From the NCBI GenBank assembly GCA_951406725.2, contig OX597820.1, positions 31,434,001 to 31,498,000 of the forward strand: DNA of 64,000 nt, in the 5' to 3' direction. Below are positions 1-13,316 of this stretch, piece by piece. This DNA is from Octopus vulgaris. Lineage: Eukaryota. Numbering within the stretch: position 1 is the first letter of the stretch; each line of letters begins with the position of its first letter. The notes below the pieces were generated by a model. That model saw only the letters and a program-made list of their open reading frames with translations, was not told the origin of the DNA and made no database searches. The translations under genes were made by a program, and so were the position numbers.

Positions 1-1759
1 CATATCACCACCATATTCAACCACCATTTTCACACACCACCATCTGCTTAATTCTTTTGATATCTCGAAAAATCAATCCCGCACTTTGCCCATCCCACCA
101 CCTGCACTCCCTTGCATCCAACACTGTTCACCTCCACCTGAACCCCCCAGCCCCCTTACCATAAAACACGTAGCTCAGAACACATATTTATAATCACTAG
201 CCATCACCATCGTCATCAACATTGCAATCATCATCAGCACTATCATCACTATCAACAACTGAAATACTACCACTATCATTATCAACAGCATCATCGTTAT
301 TAGTTTGCAAATGTCAGTTGTTATATCAAATATTATATGAACATTTTTTTATGCACGTAATAAGACCTCCTCCATTGTGAAAGGGTCTGCCTCACTTGAT
401 TGGAGGATAATTTGGAATATTAAGAACTCTGTTCAAAACGAAGGCTACGTGAATGCTGCGTGTTTTTTGTTTTTCATTTTTTTCTTTCCGTCTTATGTTT
501 TTTTTTTTTACCATGCTAGCATGGGTTAGATGAAAACATATTAGTGAAATAGTGTTTTTACAGCTGGATGCCTTCCTTTTGCTAACCTTTACCTGTTTTT
601 CAAATAAGGGAGTTTCCATTCCACTTGCCTCTGACAGTATGGAAATACCAGATAGTCAGCTGACAGAGAAATATCAACAAACATTGCCTATTGATCAAAG
701 ATCTTTGTTTTTTTAGAGCAATGCAGAGTTTAAACATTCATAGAGACACACACATGCACACTGTCCCAGGGTACCATGCAGTGGGACTGAACCTGGAAAC
801 CATTTGGTTGTGAAGTAAACAACTTGACCACATAGTCATACCAGTGCTTGATTACAATTTTTTTTTATTCCATAAAAGTATTTTTAATCCATTTCAGTTA
901 CATAAAATAATTACACGAAATAATTATGTAAAGTACAAATATAACTTAAAAAGATACAATTGAAAAGCTTACTTCCTAACCACATGGTTCCAAGTTCAGC
1001 CTCAGTGCTTGGCACCTTGAACAATTGCTTTCTACTATAGCCTCAGGTGGACCAAAGTCTTGTGAGTGGATGTGGTAAAGAGAAACTGAAAGAAGACCAT
1101 CATATGTGTGTGTGTGTCTTTGTACCCCACCACTGCTTGACAACCAGTATTGATATGTTTAAGTCCTTGTAACTAAGCAGTTCAGCAAAAGAGACCAATA
1201 AAACAAGTACCAAGTTTAACAAAAAAAATACTGGGGTCAATTCATTTGACTAAAAATTCTTCAAGGCAGTGCCCCAGCATGGTCACAGTTTAATAACTGA
1301 AGTAAGTAAAAGATAAAAGATGAAAGCAAATTGGGAAACCCATCCACACATGAGTAGTCCTCACTTTGGTTAAACCAGGCTCCTTACAACTCGACTCTCT
1401 TTCAGCTTGAATGTCCATGTCCAGGATACTCAAAGTATCTCATATCAAATTACCCTACAAGAGTTTTGGTTTCTGAATAGGTAAAAATGTGTCCACATAC
1501 TTCATGTACAGCAGCCAATAATTCTGCTGGTATGGTGTTAACCATCAATCTAACCTTCAAATGTTCTTCATACTTTTCCTTTACCTCTTCACAAACCAAC
1601 ACCTTTTACAATTCCATTTTTCTTCTGTGTGTAATTCAAGAAGTCCATCAGGTTTTCATTGAATATTCTCACTACTATAAAACCTATGACTTCCAAGGAG
1701 GACATGGTCTTCTTGATTGCTTTTTTCAAGAAGAGGAGTGGAATTCTCTTTGGTTGATT

Positions 1760-2215
1760 AACAGCTGAGCTGCTGATAGAGGTTGAAAGAATTACAACTC
1801 TACTCACTGAAGCAAAGACAAGAGAAATATGCAGTGATATGCATAGGGAAAATACTGGAGGGACTAGCACCAAACTTTAGTTTTGAAAGATATACCAACC
1901 CCCCAAAGGGGGCATTACTACACAGGCCAAAGATCCAGCCACCTATTTTGAGTAAGGACCAAGTACTGCAATAGCTTTGGTTTCACAGCTAATCACACAT
2001 GTTTAATATCTAACTGAAAAACCTGAGAGATCTACATGCAGTGGGGGTAGATCCCAGATAAGCCTATATCAGCAAGAAACTCAAATGAAGGCAGTAATAC
2101 TAAACTCCCTCATTCATCAAAAGCTAACGACCTAAGAATGGCCATTGAAAAGGTGATGAAAATGGTGGTGGCCCAGCATGGGCACAGCCTCTGGGCTGGA
2201 ACGCATAAAGGAAAG
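1760..2215 (+). mobile_element. Older CR1-group LINE 3' fragment
   Basis: LKELQLYSLKQRQEKYAVICIGKILEGLAPNF matches the 59731 element. Ends with the related tail cccagcatgggcacagcctctgggctggaac. Confidence 0.8.
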
Positions 2216-3199
2216 TAAAGGCAACGAAATACCTTTTGCATGAGCCTGTTCTTCATTTTAGCATTCTCTTTCCTCCTTTTGTTTTTACTCTCTCCTGTTA
2301 ATTTTTCTTCTCTTCTGCTGAAGGAGAAAGGGGCCCTGGCTTCATTATCCTTGAGTTCCTGGACAGCTTTCTATTTGTCAGTTCCTGGGATCAAGAATGA
2401 AGTAATTTCTTTAGCCATTTCCAGTGTTTTGACTGGTGGAGCCCTGAAAAAGCAGCTTCTGCAATCTGTTGCTGCCATTGCAATCTCAAGTGATCTCTTC
2501 TCTGTCTTTCAAACTCTTCCATGAAGAAAGTCCTCAAATGGTCTTACTGCTACATGTATACTATCTGGATTTTCTACCCTGTATGCAGCTCCTAACACCT
2601 GTATCTACTTTTTGTTGATTTGGTTTTACTATTGTTTAATCATATTGGAACGTTTTTATAGGTTTATCATTTTTATTTCTATTATTGCTACTTTAATATC
2701 AGGGGTTCTGTGTTATTTATGAATACGGTAGTAAGAAGGTTATTGCAATATCTGCTTTGAGAAAGTTAGGTGCGATGATAATATCATTGGAAATAAAAAA
2801 TACCTATATTAGCTTTACATCATATATTCTCTCATGCTATGTTTAAAGCTTTGTTGTTTTTATGTGGGAAGAAATATTATTCATTGTTATAATGGGGCTA
2901 CACTGCCAATCTCATAACTTTTCTCACAGTTCCCATGATGGAAAACACAGCTCTGAAATGGTTTTTCTGGATCTTCAGGGATCTTTTGGATTTGTATACC
3001 CATAGAGCTCTGTTAGTTACAACAATGAGTGTTCGAGTTGATCCGATCACTGGAACAGCCTGCCAACAAAGAAAGATAAGCTCCACATCAAAAATACTCC
3101 CCACCCCCAGTTTCCTCACTCTCTACGATTTCTGCTACAACTACAAGTACCTCTGTTTTTATGAATTACCCATCTGCGTATCTCCTACACTGAGGCTAA

Positions 3200-3626
3200 C
3201 TCAATCCATCTCAATCTCTCATTCACTATTATTTTAAACGACCAAAACGAACCGCCCCCCCATCCAATGGACGGTGCTGAGTTGTCGAACATTTAAACTA
3301 AATTTTCTCAAAACAACTTGCCCAACCGTCCCATAGGCCTCCCCTTTGAGAAAAACTGATTTAACCTAAATTTGAGACACCAGCAAAAGAAGAAATAAAG
3401 ATAGACTTTTTTCTATTCCAAGAAAAACGATTTTACAAATGCATGTTCCCACGGCTTTATCGATCGCATTCTCACCTGCAATCGATTTTTGCAATTTTTT
3501 CAAGACTTATACATTCCCTGATACCGTTGGTATCTACATATCAAATTTGAGAGCAATCAGATGGAGGATGCCCAAGATCCTAGAAGACACACACACAGAC
3601 AGACAGAACGGATTTTATATAATAGA
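3200..3626 (-). mobile_element. Helitron 5'-end fragment
   Basis: Minus strand begins A|TCtattatataaaatccgttctgtctgtctgtgtgtg, the same 5' architecture as the 46325 element. Left boundary uncertain. Confidence 0.55.
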
Positions 3627-6600
3627 TTTACAAGCTCATAGGGACACAACTGGTACTCTGTTGGTTACGGCAATGAGGGTTCCATTTAATCCAATCAATG
3701 GAATAGCCTGCTCATGAAATTAATACGCAAGTGGCTGAGCACTCCATGGACATGTGTACCCTGTACATAGTTCATGAGGAGATTTAGTGTGACACAAAAT
3801 GTGACAAGACTGGCGGTTTGAAATATAGGTACTACTTATTTTTACCAGCTGAGTGGACTAGAGCAACATGAAATAAAGTGTCTTACTCAAGGGCACAATA
3901 TACTGCCAAGAATCAAACTCATGATTTTATGGTCATAAGCCAAATACCCTAACCACCAAGCCATGTGCCTTCACTCTGTACACCCATATAGATCTCAGTG
4001 ACCACATATAATTCTTGGTTTCAGCAATGTTTACCACTGCCAAACTTCTCTGCAAAAGTATAAATGTAAGCGTCCAGCTAGGTGGGCCATCCTGATCTAT
4101 TTATATAACTTCATTCTTAGTACTGAATACAGTATATATGGTTCTGTAGGCTGCTGGCATTCATATTGCACAACTCCATTTATATATATATTGTTGAATT
4201 GATATATTCATTTAATATCAACACATATGCAGTTGACTTGTTAAGAGTACCATTTTTTAATACCACACTTTAGGGCTTAGTCTAATCACTATCATCTCTA
4301 ACAAAAATATTTAGCATATTACGTTAGACTTATTGAGAATAAAATATTTCTGTCCTTCATATTCAGAACTGCATGGAAGTGAAAGCATTTACTTTCTCAA
4401 AAGAGTTGATTTCCTGGTTCAAAAGAGAAAGTATTTTCTTGCAAAATGAAAGTGATAAAGAATGAAAGTAGAAGAGTTAACCATACCATAAAGGTCATTG
4501 GAAGAGATATTGTTCCACTCACTGGGCAAAACTGTCTGTAATTGCTTTTTCATAGGCATCAGAAAGAACTGTGTGGCTTTTGAAATGCAGAAATGTTATT
4601 TTCTTTTTTCCTTATAGTTCAATAAAGGACTTAAATATGGATGTACCAGCCTTTGTCCTGTAGCTCTGCCAAACAGACCTTTTCACCACCAGATAATTCA
4701 TCTGGGGCCTGTCTTTTGCATGCTAGACTTAGCTAAGGAAGGGAAGACAGAATTATCTTCTTCATTGCTTGAATCAATTTCCTCATTTTTTATTTTTTTC
4801 ACATGACATGTGTGTCGGTATTTATGTTGTTGCTGTTGTTATTATTTGTACCATACTAAGGTGGTGAGCTAGCAGAAATGTTAGCATGCTGGGTAAAATG
4901 CTTAGTGGTATTTCGTCTGTCTTTATGTTCTGAGTTCAAATTCTGCCAAAGTTGACTTTGCCTTTCATCCTTTCGGGGTCAATAAATTAAGTACCAGTTA
5001 CATACTGGGGTCGATCTAATTAACTGGCCCCCTCCCCCAAAATTTCAGGCCTTGTACCTAGGGTAGAAATGATTATTTGTGTCATACTCAGTGAAATAAT
5101 GCTAGTGTCTATAGCAAACTTTTTTTCTTTTGCTGTAAAATATATTCTATAGAGAAACTAATATTAATTTTTTTTTTTCCATTTATAGGCACAGGCAAGG
5201 CTGTGTGGTAAGAAGTTTACTTCCCAGTCACATGGCTCCAAGTTCAGTTCCAATGCAAAGAAACTTGGGCAAGGGTCTTCTATAGCCTTGGGCTGACCAA
5301 AGCCTTGTGAAGGGATTTGGGAGACAGAAGCTGAAAGAAGCCTGTTGTATGTATGTATGTATGTATGTATGTATGTATGTATGCATGCATGCATGCATGC
5401 ATGTATGCATGCACGTACGTATGTATGTATCTATCTATCTATGTGTGTGTTTCCCCCCACCACTGCTTGACAACCAGTGTTGGTGTGTTCACATACCTGT
5501 AACTTAGTGGTTCAGCAAAAGTGACCAATAGAATAAGTAACAGGCTTAAAAAGACAGTAAGTACTGGGATTGATTAGTTCAACTACAGTTCCTCAAGCGG
5601 TGCCTCAGCATGGCCGCATCTAATGACTAAAATACTTGGAAAATAAAAGATATCCATAAAAACATTATTCAAATTTTTTTGGCAAGGAAATGGGTAACAT
5701 TCTTGCTCGACATAAGTATTTTGTGTGTTTTTATGAGTGTAAGATGAAAATATTTTCTCTGTAAATTAAGTTTTCTTTCCTCAAAAAGGATAAAATAATA
5801 CAAATAATTAAATCCCTACCCTACTCTATAAAAGTTCCATATTAAAAAATATTTATCGACCTCACTCTATTTGAGTTCCAAGTCAAAAAAGATAAATATT
5901 TATGTACTTTACTGAATAAGAATTCTGCATTTAAAAAAAAAATTTGCTTTGTAATTTCAATTGCTAACAATTTGTAATATTCTTTTCTACTCTAGGCACA
6001 AGGCCTGAAATTTTTGGGGAGGGGACAGGCGATTAGATCTACCCCAGTACACAACTGGTACTTAGTTTATTGACCACAAAAGGATGAAAGGCAAAGTCAA
6101 CTTTAGCCAAATTTGAACTCAGAACATAAAGACAGACAAAATACCGCTAAGCATTTCGCATGGTATGATAACGTTTCTACCAGCTTGCCACCTTCGTAAT
6201 ATTGAGAGAGCAAGACAAAACATACCTGACCCTCTCAAATTCAAGAATAATAAATTCTAACACAAAGCCCAAAGTCAGAAATTTTGGTTGGAATTGGGTG
6301 GGGAGGAATATGGCCATTTATAACTTTATTTAACCAATCTTGATGAGATGAAAAACAAAGTTCACTTCGGCTGGGAATGAACTCAGAACTTAAGGAGACA
6401 AAACTGCAAGGTATTTTTCTGACACTAACAATTCTGCCAAAAATCCATCACATTAATAATAATAATCCTTTCTACTACAGGCACAAGGCCTGAAATTTTG
6501 GGGGAGGGAACCAGTCAATTACATTGACCTCAGTGTTTCACTGGTACTTAAATTATCAACCCCAAACAGATGAAAGGCAAAGTTGACCTCATTGGAATTT

Positions 6601-6853
6601 GAGCTCAGAACACAGCAGGAGACGAAATACCACTAAGCCCAATGTGCTAACGATTCTACCAGCTCACCACCAGGAGTGGCTATAGGCACAGGAGTAGCTG
6701 TGTGGTAAGTAGCTTGCTTATCAACCACATGGTTCCGGGTTCATTCCCACTGCATGGCACCTTGGGCAAGTGTCTTCTACTATAGCCTCAGGCCGACCAA
6801 AGCCTTGTGAGTGGATTTGATAGATGGAAACTGAAAGAAGCCCATCATATATG

Positions 6854-7099
6854 ATCATCATCATCATCATCATCGTTTAACGTCCGTTTTCCGCGCTAGC
6901 ACGGGTTGGATGGTTTCGACCGGGGTCTGGGGAGCTAGGGACTGCCCCAGGCTCCAGTCTAGTCTGGCAGTGTTTCTACAGCTGGATGCCCTTCCTAACG
7001 CCAACCACTCCGCGAGTGTAGTGGGTGTTTTTACGTGCCACCTGCACAGGTGCCAGAGGGGTCTGGCATCGGCCACGTTCGGATGGTGCTTTTTATGTG
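6854..7099 (-). mobile_element. RTE 3'UTR-only copy inserted into the internal microsatellite of a SINE-A (representative)
   Basis: (cat)n followed by cgtttaacgtccgttttcc...ctggatgcccttcctaacgccaacc. Similar copies near 510-590, 22370-22733, 32598-32655, 40160-40300, 41527-41775, 47808-48004, 53760-53990, 54130-54560, 55781-55975 and 62680-62890. Confidence 0.8.
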
Positions 7100-7469
7100 G
7101 GGGGGGGGGTGCAGAAATATAGGGGAGCACCAGTGGGGAGGGGTGGTTCAGAGAAATGATGACAGGTTCTAGGCAAGTAGAACGTAGGATATCAAGAGAG
7201 GGGTAATGCATGGTGAAATAGCGTATTATGTATATATATATGTGTGTGTGTGTATATGTTTGTGTGTCTGTGTTTGTCCCTCCAACATCACTTGACAACC
7301 AATGGTGGTGTGTTTACGTCCCCGTAACTTAGCAGTTTGGCAAAAGAGACCGAGAGAATAAGTACAAGGCTTCCAAAGAATAAGTCCTGGGGTCAATTTG
7401 CTCAGCTAAAGGCGGTGCCAAGCATGGCCGCAGTCAAATGACTGAAACAAGTAAAAAATGAGTAAAAGA

Positions 7470-7510
<41 letters not shown>

Positions 7511-8021
7511 CCTTTCTACTAAAAGCACAAGGCCTGATATTTTGAGGGTCTACTCGATTACACTGACTCCAGTGCTCATCTGGTACTTATTTTGCTGACT
7601 CGCAGAGGATGGAAGGCAAAATTGGCCTCAGCGGCATTTAAACTCAGAACATAAAGGCAGATGAAATTCCATAAAGCATTTTGTCTGGGATGCTGACAAT
7701 CCTGCCAGCTCACTGCCTTAAACTAATAATAATAATAATAATCAATTCTTTTTTATTGGCCACAAGGGCTGACACGCATGATTACATAAAGGGACAAGAC
7801 AGGACGAAAGGTTACAAAGGGTTTTGTCCGTTTGTTAAAAAAAATCCGTGTAAAAAACTTTATAACAATGATTATTAAAACAATGAAAAACTCCCAAAAG
7901 GGGGAGACGTTTCGAAAGGTTCCTGGTGGAAAAACCCTACAAAAGCCAACGGGAGCCTGGTCAAAAAAAGGGGGTGTAGAGAGTCCCCTTTTTTCTCCTT
8001 TTACATTACCTTTTTTTGAAA

Positions 8022-11000
8022 TCACAGGCGAAACCTGAGAACTGGTCCATTTATACAGGCCAGTCTCGCACAATTCACCCACCTTTCATAAAACTTGCTA
8101 TCGGACAGCACTTTCCTCTCTAAACTCATCTTCCTTTTCAAGTGAAACTTGAAAAAGTTGATGAGGCCTTGACCAAAGAGGAAAGTGTCTGTCTTTAGCC
8201 CTTTCAAACGAGTCCACCACACCACCTCTTTCGCCACAGCCACTAGGCACAAGAAAACGGCCTCGCCCTCCTTGTTAAAGGAGGTCGGTGGGGCAATCTT
8301 CACTATGGATTCGGCTGATAGTCGGATCCGTCCTACACATGACAGTAGCTGTTCGACATAAACCCATATTTCAGCAATACTCGGGCACTGGACGAGTGCG
8401 TGCAGGACGGTTTCGTCGTCCTGGCAACACCTCGGGCAGGCCCGGCTGACGGCACTTCCGTGCCGGTAGAGTTTATCTCGAACAGGCAGAGCCCCTCGGT
8501 AGCACTGCCAGGCGAGAGACCTCTGGAAATTATCCATTGGCCCCGGCCCGAAAGTCCTCCCGAACAGACCGCACAGTTCATCATCTTCAATGCCTAGAGT
8601 TTCCCCGAGAACGTCGTCGCATTTTTCCTCCACTAACCCTCTATAGAACGCTAGAGTGGAGCTGTAACCGATCGCATTGCCCGCCTGATGGAGGGCGGAG
8701 AGGGCTTGACGGCACTCGAGGTGCCAAGCGCCCTTTCTCGGTCTATGTTTGATCCAGGTCTGCAGCTCCGTCAAAGAGACGAGCTGCGGAAAATCGCGTC
8801 TGACAAAAGACGACCACACCTGTTCACCGTCTAGGAAGCGCTTGAGATGCCGCAGCCTGAGCGCATGTCTGCGCAACAGCAACCACGGCATTCCAAGGCC
8901 TCCGTTCAGCGGTCGTTGACAGCAGATGGAACGCCTGACCAGTGGCACCTGACCCTTCCACAAAAAGTCGAAGAGCAGGCGTACCAGCGTGGCCAACCAG
9001 CGGTTGGGACAAGGGACGACGGTCAAGCGGTAATAGATGACGGATGCGATGTATGCATTCGCCACCTCCGCTCGACCTTTCAGGGACAGCTTCCTCTCGG
9101 CCCATTTCTGGGTGAGACGTGCCACCCTGCTCGTCACCTCTTCCCAGTTCTTATCCACCTGGAGGTCCGGACCGAACCAGACCCCGAGCAGTTTAACGGG
9201 TCCGTCTGTCCAGCGCCCTACGACGCTGTTGGACGGCATGGGCTTGCCTCTCCAGGTGCCCAGTTGCAAGCCCACAGACTTTTCCGCGTTAATCTTTGCC
9301 CCTGTCACCGCTTCGTACTGGTTTAGCGTCTCGCCAATCAGGCCAATGTGCCTGTGGCTCGACACCACCACGGTGACGTCGTCGGCATAAGCAGACACGC
9401 TGTTTCCTCCTCCTAGATCGCGCGGGATACCCCTCAAAGCCTCCAACTTGCGCAGTAATGGCTCGAGAGTCAAAATATACAAGAGGGAGGAGAGAGGGCA
9501 TCCTTGGCGGACCGAACGCGAGATGTCGAACGGTTCCGAAAGGTGACCGTTCACCCGTATCACCGAGCAGATGTTGCTGTATAAAGCAGCGATCCACCCG
9601 CGGAAGACTGGACCGAAGCCGGCTGCCCTGAGGACAGTTGCCAGGTACCGATGGTCGACCCTATCGAAGGTTTTACTCTGATCCAAGTTGATCAAATCCC
9701 CACCCGCGCCAGCGTCGTTACCCACCCTCTCTACGATGTAGTGCATGAGATGGAGGTTGTCGTGTATCGACCTGGTCGGCACGGCGCATGTCTGTGTCTT
9801 GCCGACCAGCACGTCCACGACAAGCGCCAATCTCTTGGCTAGCACCTTGGCCAAAATCTTCAACTCTGCATTGAGCAGAGTGATGGGCCGGAAATTCCCT
9901 ATAACGTCCCCCTTGTTTGGGTCCTTCTTTAGCAAAGCCACCACCCCTCGACAGACAAAAGCAGGAATTCTCCCGTTTTGCTGCCAGTTGCAGTAGACGT
10001 TTGCCAACAGGTCCGCAAACAAGTCTGGCATTGAAAAGTAAAGCTCGTAGGGCAGACCATCCAAACCCGGCGATCTACCTCTCGTGCAACTCTTCATCGC
10101 TTCCTGTACTTCCCAGGCAGATATCGGTCCTTTGCAGCACTCTGCCTCGCTGTCCGAGAGTTGCGGCAGTCCGTCCAGGTACACACCGAAGTCTGTACCG
10201 TTGGTGTCCGTTCCACCGCTCGTCCCAAACAGTTGAGCAAAGTGCCGCTGAAGCACCGTACACATCTGCTTCGGTTGGGTAACCTCACGCCCGTTCTGGT
10301 CCACCAAAGACCGAATGGTTGCTCTGTTGCTTCGCTTCGCCTCCGCCACGCGGGCCCATCGAGCGGCTCTAGTCCCCTCCCCGCTTAGCGAACGTGCCTT
10401 AGCTCTGACAACGCAGCCTTCGTGTTTGGCGTCGAAGTGTTGGTCGAGGGCCAACTTTGCCGCCAACACGTCGGTCGCGATGCCAGTGTCAAGAGCCTCG
10501 TCTAGTTTCTTAACTAAATCCCGCTCTCTCTTCCTACGTTCAATAGCTAGAGTCTTACTATACCTAATCGACTCTACTCTAATTGCTCTCTTGAGGGCAA
10601 ACCACCAGTTGTTGTTGATGATTGCCCCCGTGAGCGCCCGCTTAACTAGTAAACTAATCCGGTCTCTGTAAGCTTTGCACGCCATTAACGACGCGTTCAG
10701 CTTCCAGTAGCCGGGTCCCTGTCTATGTAGCCTATCTAAGTCGACCGTACAGATCACTAATTTGTGGTCCGTATATTCGACTAGGTGGAATTGTGGACAC
10801 CCTACGCTGTCCTTATCCGCTGGCCTACAAAACACTCTATCTAAGTACGATCTAGACGACCCGATGCAGTTTGTCCAAGTCCACATTGGCACATTCGGGT
10901 TGTCTAGTCGAAACCTGTCAGACAGCTGAAAGCGGCCGAGTAGGTTGGCGAGGCTCTTGCACCCTCCCCCTCTCCTATCAGACGCTCCCCTGCCCACCCG

Positions 11001-11456
11001 ATCGAAACGTTCGTCTAAGACAGCGTTCCAATCCCCAACTAGCACTAGAGTGCGTGACGTTCCCAGGAAAACTTCCAGACGTTTGAAATAATCCGACTGC
11101 CCTGCTCCTGTCGGAGCGTAGGCAGCCAGCAGTCTGAAAGCACCGCCGTCACTACCGTCCACGTCGAGGACCACCAACTTACCTTCCGGATCCAAGAAGA
11201 CTGTCCTTATTTTCAGGTCCAGGCCCTTCCGAAACAACACCGCAGTACCACCACTGCCCGCTCCCGGCCGACACGGAGATAGAAATATCTCGTATCCGCC
11301 GAAAAGGGCTGCGAGTTCCTGCGGGTCGGAGAGCCTGGTTTCACTGATGGCTGCTACATCCACATCATGAAACCTCAGGTTGTTTAACAGGTGACCCTGT
11401 TTCCAAGGTGACCCGAGGCCTCTCACATTCAAGCAACCGATTCTAAGATTTGCCAT
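8022..11456 (-). CDS. LINE ORF2p: APE endonuclease + reverse transcriptase + C-terminal CCHC finger, 1144 aa, uninterrupted
   Basis: APE motifs LNVRGL, SETRL, GDWNA, YLDRVF, TDH. Tx1-like GPGYWKLN. RT motifs SPGLDG, NFRPITLLN, QGCPLS, YADD. C-terminal CPRCCQDDETVLHALVQC. Confidence 0.95.
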   Translation of the reverse strand: MANLRIGCLNVRGLGSPWKQGHLLNNLRFHDVDVAAISETRLSDPQELAALFGGYEIFLSPCRPGAGSGGTAVLFRKGLDLKIRTVFLDPEGKLVVLDVDGSDGGAFRLLAAYAPTGAGQSDYFKRLEVFLGTSRTLVLVGDWNAVLDERFDRVGRGASDRRGGGCKSLANLLGRFQLSDRFRLDNPNVPMWTWTNCIGSSRSYLDRVFCRPADKDSVGCPQFHLVEYTDHKLVICTVDLDRLHRQGPGYWKLNASLMACKAYRDRISLLVKRALTGAIINNNWWFALKRAIRVESIRYSKTLAIERRKRERDLVKKLDEALDTGIATDVLAAKLALDQHFDAKHEGCVVRAKARSLSGEGTRAARWARVAEAKRSNRATIRSLVDQNGREVTQPKQMCTVLQRHFAQLFGTSGGTDTNGTDFGVYLDGLPQLSDSEAECCKGPISAWEVQEAMKSCTRGRSPGLDGLPYELYFSMPDLFADLLANVYCNWQQNGRIPAFVCRGVVALLKKDPNKGDVIGNFRPITLLNAELKILAKVLAKRLALVVDVLVGKTQTCAVPTRSIHDNLHLMHYIVERVGNDAGAGGDLINLDQSKTFDRVDHRYLATVLRAAGFGPVFRGWIAALYSNICSVIRVNGHLSEPFDISRSVRQGCPLSSLLYILTLEPLLRKLEALRGIPRDLGGGNSVSAYADDVTVVVSSHRHIGLIGETLNQYEAVTGAKINAEKSVGLQLGTWRGKPMPSNSVVGRWTDGPVKLLGVWFGPDLQVDKNWEEVTSRVARLTQKWAERKLSLKGRAEVANAYIASVIYYRLTVVPCPNRWLATLVRLLFDFLWKGQVPLVRRSICCQRPLNGGLGMPWLLLRRHALRLRHLKRFLDGEQVWSSFVRRDFPQLVSLTELQTWIKHRPRKGAWHLECRQALSALHQAGNAIGYSSTLAFYRGLVEEKCDDVLGETLGIEDDELCGLFGRTFGPGPMDNFQRSLAWQCYRGALPVRDKLYRHGSAVSRACPRCCQDDETVLHALVQCPSIAEIWVYVEQLLSCVGRIRLSAESIVKIAPPTSFNKEGEAVFLCLVAVAKEVVWWTRLKGLKTDTFLFGQGLINFFKFHLKRKMSLERKVLSDSKFYERWVNCARLACINGPVLRFRL

Positions 11457-11483
11457 GTTTCAAAAGTTAGGGGAAAAAAGGCT

Positions 11484-13316
11484 CTACTTACTGTTGTTGG
11501 TGGTGGGGGTGGCTCCCTTGTGCTTTTGCACGGGTGCTTCAATAATATTTTTATAAAGTTTCTTAGAGAAACTTTTCCCTAACGATCCCACATCGTTAGG
11601 GAATATATGTTTAATTTCGTTGTATGCTGTATTGTTTATTTTTATTGTGAGAATGTGTGCTGGTGGTGTGTTGTGTGTAGGTATTATGAAATCTGTAATG
11701 TTTGTGCTTGTTTTGTTTTTCAAATACTCAACCAGTTCCTGGTTTCTTGTATTCACTGCTGTAATCGTGTCTGTAATTGTGTCTGTGTTTGTTTGTGTCT
11801 GTGGCAGTGGCAGTAGTGGTGTCGAAAGTGTTGTTGTTGTTGTTTGTTGTTGTGAATGTGTGTTGTTGTTGATGTTGGGAAGTACTATTTGTTCGTGCTT
11901 CCCCTGTAAATCTTTTTGTTTTTTCCTCCTTTTCTTTTTTGGAGGCACTATGTTCCATTCTCCTTTGTTGGAATCAGAGCTCGCACAATCCGAGATCTCT
12001 TCATCCGGCAAAGGAATGGTTGAGGGGTCTGCTTCAGTAGCAGGACGAAAGGTTTTTGGTTCCGCTGGTATCGGTGGTGCCGCTGCTCCTGTTGCTGTTG
12101 ATTTTGCTGCAGTTGATTTTCGAGGTACTGGTGTCGGTGTTGGTTTGGTGGCGGTTGTTGTTGTTGGAGGTGGTGTTGTTCGTCTTGGTGCTGGTGTTGG
12201 TGATGGTGTTGGTGGTGTGGCAGCCTTTGGTGTTTCGTGCTGTTTTTGTTGTTTCTGTTGTTGTTGTTGTTGTTGTTGTTGTTGCTGCCTCTTGCTATAC
12301 TCCTCCATTCTCTTTTTCTGAATGGGGCAGTCCCTTTTCAGGTGGCTTTCGCTACTGCAGAGGAAACATTTTGGCTTTCGCCCCTCTACAGTAACATTTA
12401 GCCTGGTCCCATCCAGTAAGATGACAAAGTCAGGTATGGCATTGATGTTTTCCTGCTGGATCTGTACCAGCAGTTGAATACCCATGCCTGACCAGTTCTT
12501 TTCTCGTACCCTCCGAACATTCAGAATAGTGGCAGTGTCCTCTATGCCATAGAGGACAGCCGCCACTAGCCATGAGATTTTCTGTTCGGTGGGTATTGTG
12601 TTAATGGTTATTTTTTGTACCTTACGCCCGAGGTACGTCGGGACGAGGAACAAATGTTCATTTTGCAAGGGCGAAATGGCGTTCGCCCTTGCAAGCTCCT
12701 CTGTTGGGAAGCGAACCTCCACGGTTCCAAAACGCTTCCCTCTTGTCACATAGCTCTTTTGGCCCCAAATGGGCTTCAGAGCTATTTCTAATTGTTGTGG
12801 TGTGGCGTTAACCAATCTTTTGGTTTACTTTTCGAAAACTTTATAAAAGATTGTTTTTTTATTTGTCTCGTGTATGAGTTGTTGATGTGTGTTAAGGAAA
12901 ACACTATTTCCTTCCTTTCTCAACAAATCTTTTGCCATTTTAATGTCTTCCATTGTTATTTGTACATCTTCCGAAATTTGCTTCGCAGCAGAAGCAAAAT
13001 CGTTAGAGACTTTTACATTTTTTTGTTGGTTCCTGTCTGTGTTTGTGTCTGTAAAAAGTTTCTTTTCCTCCCCCTTCGGTACAGCATCACTTGTTGAAGG
13101 CAGAGGGGGGAAATCAAGAGTGACGTCGAACGCGACGTCCCGACTAGCATTCTCCCTTCGAACGGTGCGCGTGCTTTCCGTTTCGGAAGGAGGAGCTCTG
13201 TTGCCTTTTACGGCCTGAAATGGGTTGTTCGTAACCCGTGACGTTATTTTTTTTTGTTCTTGTGGAGGGGGTGTTGTAAGAAGGAGGGAAGAGCCAGCAG
13301 CTCGTTTCAATGCCAT
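11484..13316 (-). pseudogene. LINE ORF1p (gag-like, CCHC knuckle) interrupted by a single in-frame TAA
   Basis: ATG at 13316 (MALKRAAG). Track ORFs 12825-13415 and 11484-12815 are in the same frame, separated only by TAA at 12827-12825 (..GAA AAG TAA ACC AAA AGA TTG..). Contains CFLCSSESHLKRDC knuckle, polyQ and Pro/Thr-rich linker, and a basic PPKKKRRKK patch. Confidence 0.85.

Noticed and set aside
8333-12394. Overlapping and antisense ORFs within the Tx1 element
   Set aside because: Shadow frames of a GC-rich or low-complexity coding region with no independent motifs.
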